This document shows positions 46,276 through 55,324 of a DNA stretch of 64,000 nt, one piece after another (position 1 is the stretch's first letter; every line of letters begins with the position of its first letter). The notes beneath the pieces are model-generated. The model saw only the letters and a program-made list of their open reading frames with translations. It did not search any database and was not told the DNA's origin. The stretch lies in NCBI GenBank assembly GCA_016218925.1, contig JACRCR010000109.1, forward strand, positions 42,053 through 106,052. The letters are read 5' to 3'. Origin of the DNA: Deltaproteobacteria bacterium (lineage in GTDB: Bacteria > Desulfobacterota > Binatia > UBA1149 > CAITLU01). A program made the position numbers and the translations under genes.

Positions 46276-47259
46276 CTATATTTCGGCTGCCAGTTGGTGA
46301 CGGTCGCGCCAGCCGAGCCAGAGGTTGGTTGAAAGGTAACGGTCGCCGAAATCGGCGAGGATGACGACGAGGACGCCGCTGGCGAGGTTTCGCGCGACCT
46401 CGAGGGCTCCGACAACCGCCGCTCCCGAGGACTGTCCCAGCAACAGTCCGTCTTTGGCGGCGAGGTGGTAGACCATGTCGTAGGCGTCCTCGGTGCTGAC
46501 GCCGACGACACGGTCGAGTTTTTCCGGGTGCCAGATGCCGGGCACGATCGAAGTGGCCATGTGCTTGAGGCCCTCGATGCCGTGAAAGGAATCGGCCGGC
46601 TCGACCGCGATCGCCTGCACGTTGCGGTTGCGCTCCTTGAGGAAACGTCCGGTGCCCATCACCGTTCCGCTGGTGCCGACGGTCGCCACCAGGTGGGTCA
46701 CGCGCCCGCCGGTCTGCTCCCAGATCTCCGGTCCGGTGGTCAGGTAGTGTGCCTCCGGGTTGGCTTCGTTGTCGTACTGATCGGGCTTGAAGTAGCGCTC
46801 CGGGTCCTGCGCCAGGATCTCGCGGCACAGCAGCAGAGCGCCGTCGGATCCCTCCATCGGACTCGAGTAGACGATCTCGGCATCGTAGGCCTGCAAGACC
46901 CGCTTGCGCTCGCGCGAGACGTTCTCGGGCATCACGAGCCTCACCGGGTAGCCGAGCGCGGCGCCGATCATCGCCAGCGCGATGCCGGTGTTGCCCGAGG
47001 TCGATTCGAGGATCGTCTTGCCGGTGCGCAGTGCGCCGCTCTCGAGACCTCGGCGTACCATGTTCCAGGCTGGACGCGCCTTGACCGAACCGCCCGGGTT
47101 GAAGCCTTCCACCTTGCCGTAGATGACGACTCCCGGTGCGACCTGTTCGCGCAGACAGCGCAGTTCGACCATCGGCGTGTTGCCGATCAAATCGACGACG
47201 CCTAGAGCCTCGGCTGTGGTCGACAGCCGGGGTCTGACTGCGGCGAACGCGCCGTTCAC
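46276..47259 (-). CDS. cysM: cysteine synthase (CysM/CysK family, PLP-dependent)
   Basis: PLP-Lys 'NPGGSVKAR', 'TSGNTGIALA' and 'GTSGT' motifs. GTG start. Confidence 0.85.
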   Translation of the reverse strand: MNGAFAAVRPRLSTTAEALGVVDLIGNTPMVELRCLREQVAPGVVIYGKVEGFNPGGSVKARPAWNMVRRGLESGALRTGKTILESTSGNTGIALAMIGAALGYPVRLVMPENVSRERKRVLQAYDAEIVYSSPMEGSDGALLLCREILAQDPERYFKPDQYDNEANPEAHYLTTGPEIWEQTGGRVTHLVATVGTSGTVMGTGRFLKERNRNVQAIAVEPADSFHGIEGLKHMATSIVPGIWHPEKLDRVVGVSTEDAYDMVYHLAAKDGLLLGQSSGAAVVGALEVARNLASGVLVVILADFGDRYLSTNLWLGWRDRHQLAAEI

Positions 47260-47270
47260 GCCGGTGTACC

Positions 47271-47582
47271 TCAGGCCGCGGCCAGCGGGCTCGCCACGGA
47301 CATGGGCGCGCCGCCTGCGATCGCCGGGACGATGGAAATCTCGTCGCCGTCCTTTACGGCAGAGCCGGTATTGTCGAGGAAACGGATGTCGTCACCGTTG
47401 ACGTAGAGATTGACGAAACGACGGATCGAACCGTCAGCCTCGCAGATCCTCTCGCGCAGCCCCGGGCAATTCTTCTCGAGGTCTTCGAGGATGGCGGCGA
47501 TCGTCGCTCCGTCGGCCGCGACCGCGTCCTTGCCACCGGTGTACTTGCGAAGAGGGGTAGGGATTCTGACCCGAACAGCCAT
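47271..47582 (-). CDS. MoaD/ThiS-family sulfur-carrier protein (CysO-like) with C-terminal extension beyond the Gly-Gly
   Basis: Beta-grasp-sized ORF ending '...ISIVPAIAGG' followed by 12 extra residues 'APMSVASPLAAA'. Confidence 0.65.
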   Translation of the reverse strand: MAVRVRIPTPLRKYTGGKDAVAADGATIAAILEDLEKNCPGLRERICEADGSIRRFVNLYVNGDDIRFLDNTGSAVKDGDEISIVPAIAGGAPMSVASPLAAA

Positions 47583-47663
47583 GATAAACGTTCCTCCTTG
47601 TTGTCGTCTGTTTCGTCGTCGTCATTGTTCGGCGGCTGGCAGTGCCCGCCGCCGAGTCGTCGA

Positions 47664-48923
47664 TCAGGCCGATGCCCGCACCTTGGAGCTCTGCTCGAGC
47701 GTCTGGTAGAGCGCGTCGAACTCTTCGAGACGCGCACCGATGTTGAAAGGCACCGGCACTGCGTCGGTCACGGCCTCCAGCGTCTTGTAGCCGTTGCCCG
47801 TGACGCTGATCACGATCGACTCGTTGCGCGGGATGCGTCCCTGTTCGATCAGCTTCTTGGTCACGGCCACCGTCGTGCCGCCGGCCGGCTCGGTGAAGAT
47901 TCCCTCGGTTCGAGCCAGGAGGCGAATGCCATCGACGATCTCTTTGTCGGTGACGGCTTCGCCCCAACCGCCCGACTTGCGCACGGCGCCGAGCACGTAG
48001 TAGCCATCGGCGGGATTCCCGATCGCGATCGACTTGGCGATGGTGTTGGGCTTGACGGGTTCGATCAGGTCGGCGCCGCGATGCAGAGCGTTCACGACCG
48101 GCGAGCAACCGGCCGCCTGGGCCGTGTAGATCTTCCACGGGGTGTCCTTTACCAGCCCCACTTGCACCAGTTCCTCGAAGGCTTGTGCGACCTTGGGCAG
48201 GATGGTGCCTCCGGCAGTCGGAACGACGATGTGCTGGGGAAGCTTCCAGCCGAGTTGCTCGGCCACTTCGAAGCCGTAGGTCTTGGCACCCTCGGTGTAG
48301 AACGGCCTGAGGTTGATGTTGACGAAGGCCCAGCCGTACTTGTCCGCTATCTCGGTGCACAGACGATTGACGTCGTCGTAGTTTCCGGAGATCGCCACCG
48401 GCGTGGGCTCGTATATCGCCGAACCTATCACCTTGCCGCGCTCGAGGTTGTCGGGAATGAATATGAAGCAGCGAAGCCCGGCGCGCGCGGTGTGGGCCGA
48501 CACCGAGTTGGCGAGGTTGCCGGTGGATGCGCACGAAATCGTGTCGAAGCCGAATTCGATCGCGGCCGAAACGGCCACCGATACCACGCGGTCCTTGTAC
48601 GAGAAGGTGGGATGGTTGCACGAATCGTCCTTGACCCACAACTCTTCGACCCCGAGCACCTCGCCGAGGCGGTCGGCCTTGACCAGCGGGGTGAATCCCG
48701 AGTGCAGGCCGATGCGCGGTTCGCCGGAGACCGGAAGCAGCTCCTTGTAACGCCACAGATTGCGCGGACGCGACGCGATCGTCTTGTGCGACAAGACCCT
48801 CGCGATGGCGTCGTAGTCGTAACCGATCTCGAGAGGTCCGAAACACAACTCGCACACGTGCAGCGGTTTCCAACTGTACGACTCGCCGCACTCGCGGCAT
48901 TTCAGGCCCGTGGTAAAGCTCAT
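47664..48923 (-). CDS. thrC: threonine synthase
   Basis: 'HPTFSYKDRVVSVAVSAAIEFGF' PLP-Lys motif and a good RBS (GGAGG). ATGA overlap with the upstream E1-like gene. Confidence 0.85.
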   Translation of the reverse strand: MSFTTGLKCRECGESYSWKPLHVCELCFGPLEIGYDYDAIARVLSHKTIASRPRNLWRYKELLPVSGEPRIGLHSGFTPLVKADRLGEVLGVEELWVKDDSCNHPTFSYKDRVVSVAVSAAIEFGFDTISCASTGNLANSVSAHTARAGLRCFIFIPDNLERGKVIGSAIYEPTPVAISGNYDDVNRLCTEIADKYGWAFVNINLRPFYTEGAKTYGFEVAEQLGWKLPQHIVVPTAGGTILPKVAQAFEELVQVGLVKDTPWKIYTAQAAGCSPVVNALHRGADLIEPVKPNTIAKSIAIGNPADGYYVLGAVRKSGGWGEAVTDKEIVDGIRLLARTEGIFTEPAGGTTVAVTKKLIEQGRIPRNESIVISVTGNGYKTLEAVTDAVPVPFNIGARLEEFDALYQTLEQSSKVRASA

Positions 48924-49678
48924 GATGCTTGCCTCCTCAGAAACGATTGAGCGGATCCGGCGCGATCGGCGTTGCGATCCTCGCGTGAGCCGCAAAAACA
49001 GTCGGGACTCGGTGGGAAATCGACGTGGCGCATTCGAACTCCGCCGAGTTGATAAATGAACATACGGCCCGCACGCACCCGCCCGGGCTCGAACAGGCGT
49101 CGCAGCGCGGTGATCGCCTGCATCGAGCCGACGACGCCGGCCACCGGCGCCAGGATTCCGAGCGAAGCGCAACCTTCGTTGCCCGACGGGGCAGCCTCGG
49201 GAAACACGCAGGCAAGGCACGCGGAGACGCGCGGCTCGATCAGCATCCATTGCCCGCCGATACGAACCACGCCGCCGTGGACAAGAGGCACGCCGGCTTC
49301 GACGCAGAGGCGGCTGAGCAGGAACTTGGTGCGCGGATCGTCGGTGCCGTCGATGACTATGTCGTGGGCGGCGACCAGCGCCGGACCGCTCGCTTCGTCG
49401 AGGCGCAGTCGCGCAGTTTCCACCGTCGCACCGAAGTCGGCCGCGAGGATCTGCGCGGCGGCTTCGACTTTGGGACGCCCGACGTCCGAGTCGCGGTAGA
49501 GCACCTGACGCTGCAGGTTGGAAACCTCGACTCGGTCGGGGTCCACCAGGGTGAGGCGCAGGTTCTGCGCGAGCCGCGCCGCGCTGCTGGCCAGCGTCCG
49601 CGCCGCAGCGCAGCCGAGCGCGCCCGCACCGACGAGCAGTACGTTTGCGGGACGCGACTTGTGATTCTTCGAGTACAA
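48920..49678 (-). CDS. MoeZ/MoeB/ThiF-family E1-like adenylyltransferase for sulfur-carrier proteins
   Basis: 'VLLVGAGALGCAAA', 'DPDRVEVSNLQRQ' and zinc CxxC...CxxC motifs. The start is inferred as TTG at 49678, immediately after the leader hairpin. Confidence 0.7.
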   Translation of the reverse strand: MYSKNHKSRPANVLLVGAGALGCAAARTLASSAARLAQNLRLTLVDPDRVEVSNLQRQVLYRDSDVGRPKVEAAAQILAADFGATVETARLRLDEASGPALVAAHDIVIDGTDDPRTKFLLSRLCVEAGVPLVHGGVVRIGGQWMLIEPRVSACLACVFPEAAPSGNEGCASLGILAPVAGVVGSMQAITALRRLFEPGRVRAGRMFIYQLGGVRMRHVDFPPSPDCFCGSREDRNADRAGSAQSFLRRQAS

Positions 49679-49711
49679 AAAAGCCTCTTCCTCGGGTGGT
49701 AAGGAAGAGGC
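49675..49711 (-). terminator. intrinsic terminator/attenuator hairpin of the SAM-I riboswitch; 3' stem arm doubles as the SD of the downstream TTG start
   Basis: Stem 9 bp, loop 11 nt, then UUUUUUG. 'GGAAGAGG' lies 7 nt upstream of TTG at 49678. Confidence 0.65.
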
Positions 49712-49850
49712 AAAGCACCAAGGCTCGGTCTCGACCTTATCTTCCACTTCGAATGCTCGCGAAGTGTGGGACTTAGCACCTGCACCCGCCTTGCGGCCGG
49801 CCGGTTGCTGTGGCATCGCAGGGCCCGATCCCTCCGCCACTCTGAATAAG
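49683..49850 (-). promoter_or_regulatory. SAM-I (S-box) riboswitch with terminator-type expression platform
   Basis: Minus-strand leader 'CUUAUUCAGAGUGGCGGAGGGAUCGGGCCCUGCGAUGCCACAGCAACC...GGUGCUAAGUCC...GAAGAUAAGG' carries the S-box core (P1 CUUAUUC/GAAGAUAAG, GGAGGGA...GGCCC, GCAACC, GGUGCUAA.UCC). It is followed by hairpin GCCUCUUCC-N11-GGAAGAGGC and a U6 tract. Confidence 0.75.
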
Positions 49851-49860
49851 GTTGCGTCGC

Positions 49861-49888
49861 TTATAACGGCGCAGGGGGGCGCTGTCAA
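49861..49888 (-). promoter_or_regulatory. sigma70-like promoter for the riboswitch-led operon
   Basis: Minus strand: TTGACA, 17-18 nt spacer, TTATAA/TATAAG. The predicted TSS lies about 5-10 nt upstream of the riboswitch P1. Confidence 0.55.
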
Positions 49889-49990
49889 AACATTTTCCGC
49901 CGCGGCTCGAGGGCCGACCGGCCTGCTGCGGCTTCGCTCTGGCGCGCCGGCCTCGTTTGCTTGGCGGCCTTCTCGTGGAACACTTCGCCG

Positions 49991-50728
49991 ATGACGAGTG
50001 AGCGCATCCTGCTCGAAGGGGCCCATAACTTCCGCGATCTGGGCGGCCTGCCAGGCCCAGGCGGCAGGCGAGTGGTGGCGCGCCGCGTCTTCCGAGCCGA
50101 TCGCCTCAGCCACCTCACCAAGGCGGATTCGGCTCTGCTGAGCGGCCTCGGAATCACCAGGGTATTCGACCTTCGCAGCAGCGCGGAGCTGGCCGGTGAC
50201 GGGGTCGGCGAGTTCGCGGCAGCCGGCGATCGCCATCGCCACGTTCCGCTGGTGCAGGTCGCGCTGAGCGCCGGCGACCCGACCATCGATTGGACAAAGA
50301 TCAACCTCCACGATCGGTACCTGGAGATGCTGCGCGTGGGCGGCGAAGTGATCCGCACGGTGTTCGAACACATCGCGGGCGCGGGTGTGAGCGGTACGGT
50401 CTTTCACTGCACCGGGGGCAAGGATCGCACCGGAGTGCTGGCAGCCGTGCTGCTGCGCGCGCTCGGCGTCGACGACGAAGTGATCGTCGAGGACTACGCG
50501 GTGTCGGAGGTCTATCTGGAGCCGATCGTCAGGCTCTATCGCGAGAGCCTCGAGGCAGAGGGCCTCGATCCGGCGGCCATCCTGTACCTGTGCGGCAGCC
50601 CTCCGCGGCGCATGCGTGACATGCTCACCGCGATCGACGAGACCTGGGGATCGATCGACGACTATCTCGGTGCGATCGGCGTCACCGAGGCGATCGTGAC
50701 GGAACTGCGCCGGCGTCTGCTCGGTTGA
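49991..50728 (+). CDS. protein tyrosine/serine phosphatase (Tyr_Pase family)
   Basis: CX5R active site 'HCTGGKDRTG'. Confidence 0.8.
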   Translation: MTSERILLEGAHNFRDLGGLPGPGGRRVVARRVFRADRLSHLTKADSALLSGLGITRVFDLRSSAELAGDGVGEFAAAGDRHRHVPLVQVALSAGDPTIDWTKINLHDRYLEMLRVGGEVIRTVFEHIAGAGVSGTVFHCTGGKDRTGVLAAVLLRALGVDDEVIVEDYAVSEVYLEPIVRLYRESLEAEGLDPAAILYLCGSPPRRMRDMLTAIDETWGSIDDYLGAIGVTEAIVTELRRRLLG

Positions 50729-50741
50729 GCGGCGGCCCTCG

Positions 50742-51470
50742 TCACCTGGCAGTTTGCGGCGGCGCCGCCGGCACGCTGGCCAATCTCTGCTCGGCCCGCA
50801 CCGCGGCCTGTGTCCCGGGATACTTCCGGATCACGAAACGGTAGCGGCCCGCCGCCGCCTCCTGGCGCTCTCGCTCGCGGTAGTAATCGCCGACGACCAG
50901 TTCATGGCTTCCGAGGCTCTCGCGCGCCTGCGCTGCGCGGTGCCGCGCAAGATCGGCCCACAGCGACTTGGGGAATTGGTGTCCGAGCTTTTCGAATTGC
51001 CTCAACGCGGCTTCCGAAGCCGAGCTGTCGCGATCGCTGGTGTTGCTCTGTTCCAGATAACACATGCCGATCGTGTAGCCGACGAAGGGCAGCAGCGGAC
51101 TGACGGGGTAGAGCCGTTCGAAGTCGTTGAAGGCATCGATGGCCTTGCTGAACTCTCCGGTGAGGAAGTAGGCGTGCGCGATGTTGAGACTGGCGATCTC
51201 GGCCTTGTCTGAGAACGGATACTGTTCGAGCATGACCTTGTAATCTTCGATCGCGGAGTTGTAGCTCTCCTCTTCGAAGGCGAGCGAGCCCTCGCGGAAC
51301 AGCTCGTTCTCGGGTCTGATCGCCGGAGATCCGCATGCGCACACCAGGCACGCCAGCAGACCGGCCAGCCCGAGGCACCGGAGGCGCGCAGCCGGCTTGG
51401 TGAGGGGTCGCGCAGCGGCGCCTGCTCGGATCGGCGAGGGGCCTGGCCGGGGGGTCTTCGAGTTCAGCAT
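50742..51470 (-). CDS. outer-membrane lipoprotein with TPR repeats, BamD/YfiO-like
   Basis: Lipobox 'GLLAC'. TPR motifs and C-terminal 'VGDYYRERERQEAAAGRYRFVIRKYPGT' typical of BamD. Confidence 0.6.
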   Translation of the reverse strand: MLNSKTPRPGPSPIRAGAAARPLTKPAARLRCLGLAGLLACLVCACGSPAIRPENELFREGSLAFEEESYNSAIEDYKVMLEQYPFSDKAEIASLNIAHAYFLTGEFSKAIDAFNDFERLYPVSPLLPFVGYTIGMCYLEQSNTSDRDSSASEAALRQFEKLGHQFPKSLWADLARHRAAQARESLGSHELVVGDYYRERERQEAAAGRYRFVIRKYPGTQAAVRAEQRLASVPAAPPQTAR

Positions 51471-51529
51471 CTCGCCCAGGCTAGCGGCGAAGCGCGCGCC
51501 GGTCCACCCGCGAGGTCTGCGCAGTGATC

Positions 51530-52879
51530 TCATTCGATGTAACCGAGCGAACGCAGGTGCTCGAGCTGCGCGCGGTCCACGGCCTCACCGGGTCTGGGCA
51601 GGGCCGGCGCAGGCTGCGAGGTGGCGCCGGTCTCGTAGGTGGCGACGTGTTCGACGGGGCGGTCGGCGATGGAGGGGTCGAAGAGGCCGGTCAGCACGTG
51701 TCCGTCCATGTCGTCGCCGACCGCGTAGCCGAGATAGTGCAGCAACGTGGGGGCGACATCGTAGACCGCGGCTCCCTCGATCGTGGCTCCCGCGCGAACC
51801 CCGGGCCCGTTGGCGAGCAGGATTCCCTGGCTGCGGTGCGCTCCCGACAGGTGCAGGTATCGGTGCTCGGTGACAACATTGTCGCCGACCGCCGCTCCGG
51901 CGCCGTGATCCGACATGATCAGCACCAGCGGCGGTTCCTTGTAGTGCGCGAGGATCTCTCCGACACGCGCATCGATCCAGCTCCAGTAGCGTTCGATCAC
52001 CTTGCCGAATTTCTCCACCTGATCGGGCGGCACGTCGCCGAACGGTTCGGGGTCCATGAACTTCCAGAACCCGTGCTGCACATCGTCGGTCCCGCGCAGA
52101 TACACGAACAAGGCCTCGGGCAGCGGGCCGTCCCTGAGCAGAGCCTCGGTGGCGCGGGAGTAGAACAGGTCTCGAGAGTAGGCGCGGACGAAGCGATCAT
52201 AGACCAGGAAGTCGAGCGAAGGCGGCTCGCCTTCACGGTGCGTGGCACGCGAGGGATCGTAGGCGAAGTCCATGAACGACGGCATCGCGGAGATCGCCTC
52301 GCTCTCCTTTACCGGGGCCAGCGTGCTCAGATAGCCGGGCGGAAAGGCCTCGTCGTCGATGCTGCCATAGTGGGCGATGTCGCTCACCAGACGTCCGTTG
52401 ACCGGCTCGGCCGGCCAGGTGACGTACCAGCCGACCACGGCCACGTCGAGACGCTTGTCGCCGAGGATGTTCCACAGCGTTCGGCTGGTGAGCTGAGTGC
52501 GATCGACCGGTCGTGGGTTGCCCGGACCCTCGGGGAAGCGCACGAACCAGGTGATGCCATGCTTCTGCGGCGTCTTGCCGGTCGCGATCGACGTCCAGAT
52601 CACCGGCGAACTGCTGACGTCGCTCGATTGGAGTTTGCCTGAGGCGCCGCGGCTGCGCAGCCTCGCCAGGTTTGGCATCAGACCGCGGGCGATGAAGCCA
52701 TCGAGCAGGTCCCAGGTGCCAGCGTCCAGCCCCAGCACGACCACGCGGGGCGGATGAGCGGAGGCGGCCACAGGATGCCTGGTCGCCGGTTCTTCGTTGC
52801 ACGCCGCGACCACAGCCGTGGCGACGCAAAGGGCGGCGAGCAACGAGCGTCGTCCGGCGCGAGTCGGGATGGCGGTGCT
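51530..52879 (-). CDS. alkaline-phosphatase-superfamily lipoprotein (type I phosphodiesterase/nucleotide pyrophosphatase-like)
   Basis: 'VVVLGLDAGTWDLL' metal-binding start and 'LVLIMSDHGAG' motif. The TTG start before lipobox 'VVAAC' is inferred. Confidence 0.65.
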   Translation of the reverse strand, partial: STAIPTRAGRRSLLAALCVATAVVAACNEEPATRHPVAASAHPPRVVVLGLDAGTWDLLDGFIARGLMPNLARLRSRGASGKLQSSDVSSSPVIWTSIATGKTPQKHGITWFVRFPEGPGNPRPVDRTQLTSRTLWNILGDKRLDVAVVGWYVTWPAEPVNGRLVSDIAHYGSIDDEAFPPGYLSTLAPVKESEAISAMPSFMDFAYDPSRATHREGEPPSLDFLVYDRFVRAYSRDLFYSRATEALLRDGPLPEALFVYLRGTDDVQHGFWKFMDPEPFGDVPPDQVEKFGKVIERYWSWIDARVGEILAHYKEPPLVLIMSDHGAGAAVGDNVVTEHRYLHLSGAHRSQGILLANGPGVRAGATIEGAAVYDVAPTLLHYLGYAVGDDMDGHVLTGLFDPSIADRPVEHVATYETGATSQPAPALPRPGEAVDRAQLEHLRSLGYIE

Positions 52880-53095
52880 CAACGCCGGCAATTCTGGCTC
52901 AGAAGCGCGGCGAAGGCCACCCAGCGCACCGGCCCACGCATGCAGGCCGCGCAACGAAACGTGTTCGAACTCGGCACGAAGTGCGCTCGCTACACACCAC
53001 CGCGTCGACTCGCGCGACGCGGTGTCAGGCCGCACCTGCAGCTACGGCCGAGGCGATTGCCAACGGCGCGGCTCGGGTGCACCCTGCCGACCGTC

Positions 53096-54046
53096 GTGAT
53101 CGATCGGCGGCTCCAGTTCATCGTCGGCAAGGGTGGTGTCGGCAAGTCCACGCTGACGGCTGCGCTAGCGCTGTCGTCGGCCGCCAAGGGCAGGCGCACG
53201 CTGGCGATCGAGCTTGCCGCACCCGGCGGCGTTGCGCGCCTGTTCGGTGTCGCTGCAGCGGCGGGCAACCAAGCCGTCGCGGTCAGGCCCGGGCTGAGCC
53301 TGATGTGGATCGAGGGGGAGTCGGCGCTGACCGAATATCTGTCGCTGGTGGTGCCGATCAAGCGTTTGCTGAAGACGGTGTTTTCCAGCCGGCTGTATCG
53401 AGTGTTCGTCGCTGCGGCGCCTGGTCTCAAGGAACTGATGGCGATCGGCAAGATCTGGTACGAGGCTCAGAAGACCTGCGCCGACGGATCGCCGCTGTGG
53501 GAGCGCATCTTCATCGACGCCGGCGCTTCCGGCCACAGTCTGCAGTACTTGCAGATGCCATCGGCTGCAGCGGCGACTTTCCAGAGCGGCCTCGTGCATC
53601 GCGAATCGATGCGCGTCGAAGCCTTGCTGAAAGATGCCGAGACGACCTGCGTTCACGTCGTCGCGACGCCCGAAGAGATGCCGCTCGGCGAAGCCGCTGC
53701 AATCGTCGCGCGTCTTCGCGACCCGCTGGCGCTGCCGCTCGGCGATCTGATCGTCAACCGATGCCGCCCCGCACCGCCCGCCGGCGTCGCTGCTGCGGTC
53801 GAGGCGCTTGCAGAGATCCGGATCGAGAGCGGCGACGAACCCGTGCGGGGCGCACTGCTGGGCGCCGTCCGCACCGCGCTCGGTTGGCAGCTCATCCAGG
53901 AGCAGGGCCTCGCACACATCACGGCCGAGACCGGCATCGAGCCGCTGCGTCTGCCGCTGCTGGTGCGCGAAGAGTTCGGCCTTGCCGAGGTCGAGGAGGT
54001 GGCGCGCAGTCTGGACGGCCGAGCCGTGGCGAAGGATGGCTCGTGA
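53096..54046 (+). CDS. ArsA/GET3-family (anion-transporting ATPase-like) P-loop ATPase, copy 1
   Basis: Deviant Walker A 'FIVGKGGVGKST'. GTG start is inferred. Confidence 0.7.
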   Translation: MIDRRLQFIVGKGGVGKSTLTAALALSSAAKGRRTLAIELAAPGGVARLFGVAAAAGNQAVAVRPGLSLMWIEGESALTEYLSLVVPIKRLLKTVFSSRLYRVFVAAAPGLKELMAIGKIWYEAQKTCADGSPLWERIFIDAGASGHSLQYLQMPSAAAATFQSGLVHRESMRVEALLKDAETTCVHVVATPEEMPLGEAAAIVARLRDPLALPLGDLIVNRCRPAPPAGVAAAVEALAEIRIESGDEPVRGALLGAVRTALGWQLIQEQGLAHITAETGIEPLRLPLLVREEFGLAEVEEVARSLDGRAVAKDGS

Positions 54047-55209
54047 ATCTGCGCGACCTTCTTCAGACACAACGCATCGTCGTTTGCGTCGGTAGCGGCG
54101 GGGTCGGCAAGACCACGATCGCCGCGGCGCTGGCACTGCAGGGCGCGATCGCCGGCCGGCGCGCGATGGTATTGACCATCGACCCCGCGCGCAGGCTCGC
54201 CCAGTCTCTGGGGCTCGATACGCTTCGTCCCGGCGGTGAGCGCATTTCGGTCGAGCATCTCGGCGGCGAAGGTCTGTGCCAGGGCGGGACGCTGTCGGCC
54301 GGGATGCTCGACCAGAAGAGCGCCTGGGACGAGTTCATCGCCCGCCACGCGCCGAGTGCCGAAGTCCGCGACACGCTGCTCGCCAACGAGTTCTATCAGC
54401 ACCTGTCGCGGTCGTTTGCCGGCTCGACCGAGTACATGGCGATCGAGGAACTGTGTCGCATCGACGAGTCCGGTGCATTCGATCTGATCGTGCTGGACAC
54501 GCCGCCGACCGGCCACGCGCTGGAATTCCTGGAAGCGCCGCAGCGCCTCGAGGATTTCTTCGACCGCGCCACGATGGCGTGGCTCGTACGGCCGACGATG
54601 TCGGTAGGGTGGTCGGCGTGGAAGACGGCGAGCAAGACCGTGCGCTTCGTCTTCGAGCGCATCGAGGATGCCACCGGCCTCCAGGCGCTCGCGCAGATCG
54701 CCGACTTCTTCGTCGCGATCGAGCACCTGATCGACGGCATCACCGAGCGCAGTCACAAGGTGAAATCGCTGTTGCAAGGACCGGGCACTGCCTTCGTGCT
54801 GGTATCGGGTCCCGACGAGCAGGTGCTCGAAGACGCCGACGAACTGGCCTCGAAGATGCGGACCCTGGGGATGCCGCTCAAGGGCGTGGTGATGAACCGC
54901 GTGCACGCTGTCCCCGCCGGCCTGGACGACGACGATGCGACCCACGCCGCGCTCGGCAGGATAGACGCGGCATTGCAGAGCGCCGGTATCGACGGCGACG
55001 CACGAGCGTGGCTCGTGACCACGCTCGAAGGCGTGCGCGTTCAGGCGGCGGCCGAGGCCGTGCGGCGCGAGGCGTTCGAAGCTGCGCTGCCGGCAGGGGT
55101 CGTCGTCGCGTCCGTCCCCGAGCAGGGTCGCGACGTTCACGATCTTTCCGCGCTGGCGACTCTTGGCGGTCTGCTCGAGGGGAGCGATGTGGCCGGCACC
55201 GAGCGGTGA
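54043..55209 (+). CDS. ArsA/GET3-family P-loop ATPase, copy 2
   Basis: 'VVCVGSGGVGKTT'. GTGA overlap with the copy 1 stop. Confidence 0.7.
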   Translation: MNLRDLLQTQRIVVCVGSGGVGKTTIAAALALQGAIAGRRAMVLTIDPARRLAQSLGLDTLRPGGERISVEHLGGEGLCQGGTLSAGMLDQKSAWDEFIARHAPSAEVRDTLLANEFYQHLSRSFAGSTEYMAIEELCRIDESGAFDLIVLDTPPTGHALEFLEAPQRLEDFFDRATMAWLVRPTMSVGWSAWKTASKTVRFVFERIEDATGLQALAQIADFFVAIEHLIDGITERSHKVKSLLQGPGTAFVLVSGPDEQVLEDADELASKMRTLGMPLKGVVMNRVHAVPAGLDDDDATHAALGRIDAALQSAGIDGDARAWLVTTLEGVRVQAAAEAVRREAFEAALPAGVVVASVPEQGRDVHDLSALATLGGLLEGSDVAGTER

Positions 55210-55324
55210 CTCTCGCGCAGGCTTGCGTCTCGTGCTTGCGGGCCGTATCACGCCGGGTTCCGAGTCGCTGCGCCGGTTGGCGGCGCGGCGTACCTGGCGC
55301 GACACACAGACGAGGAGGAACGCC

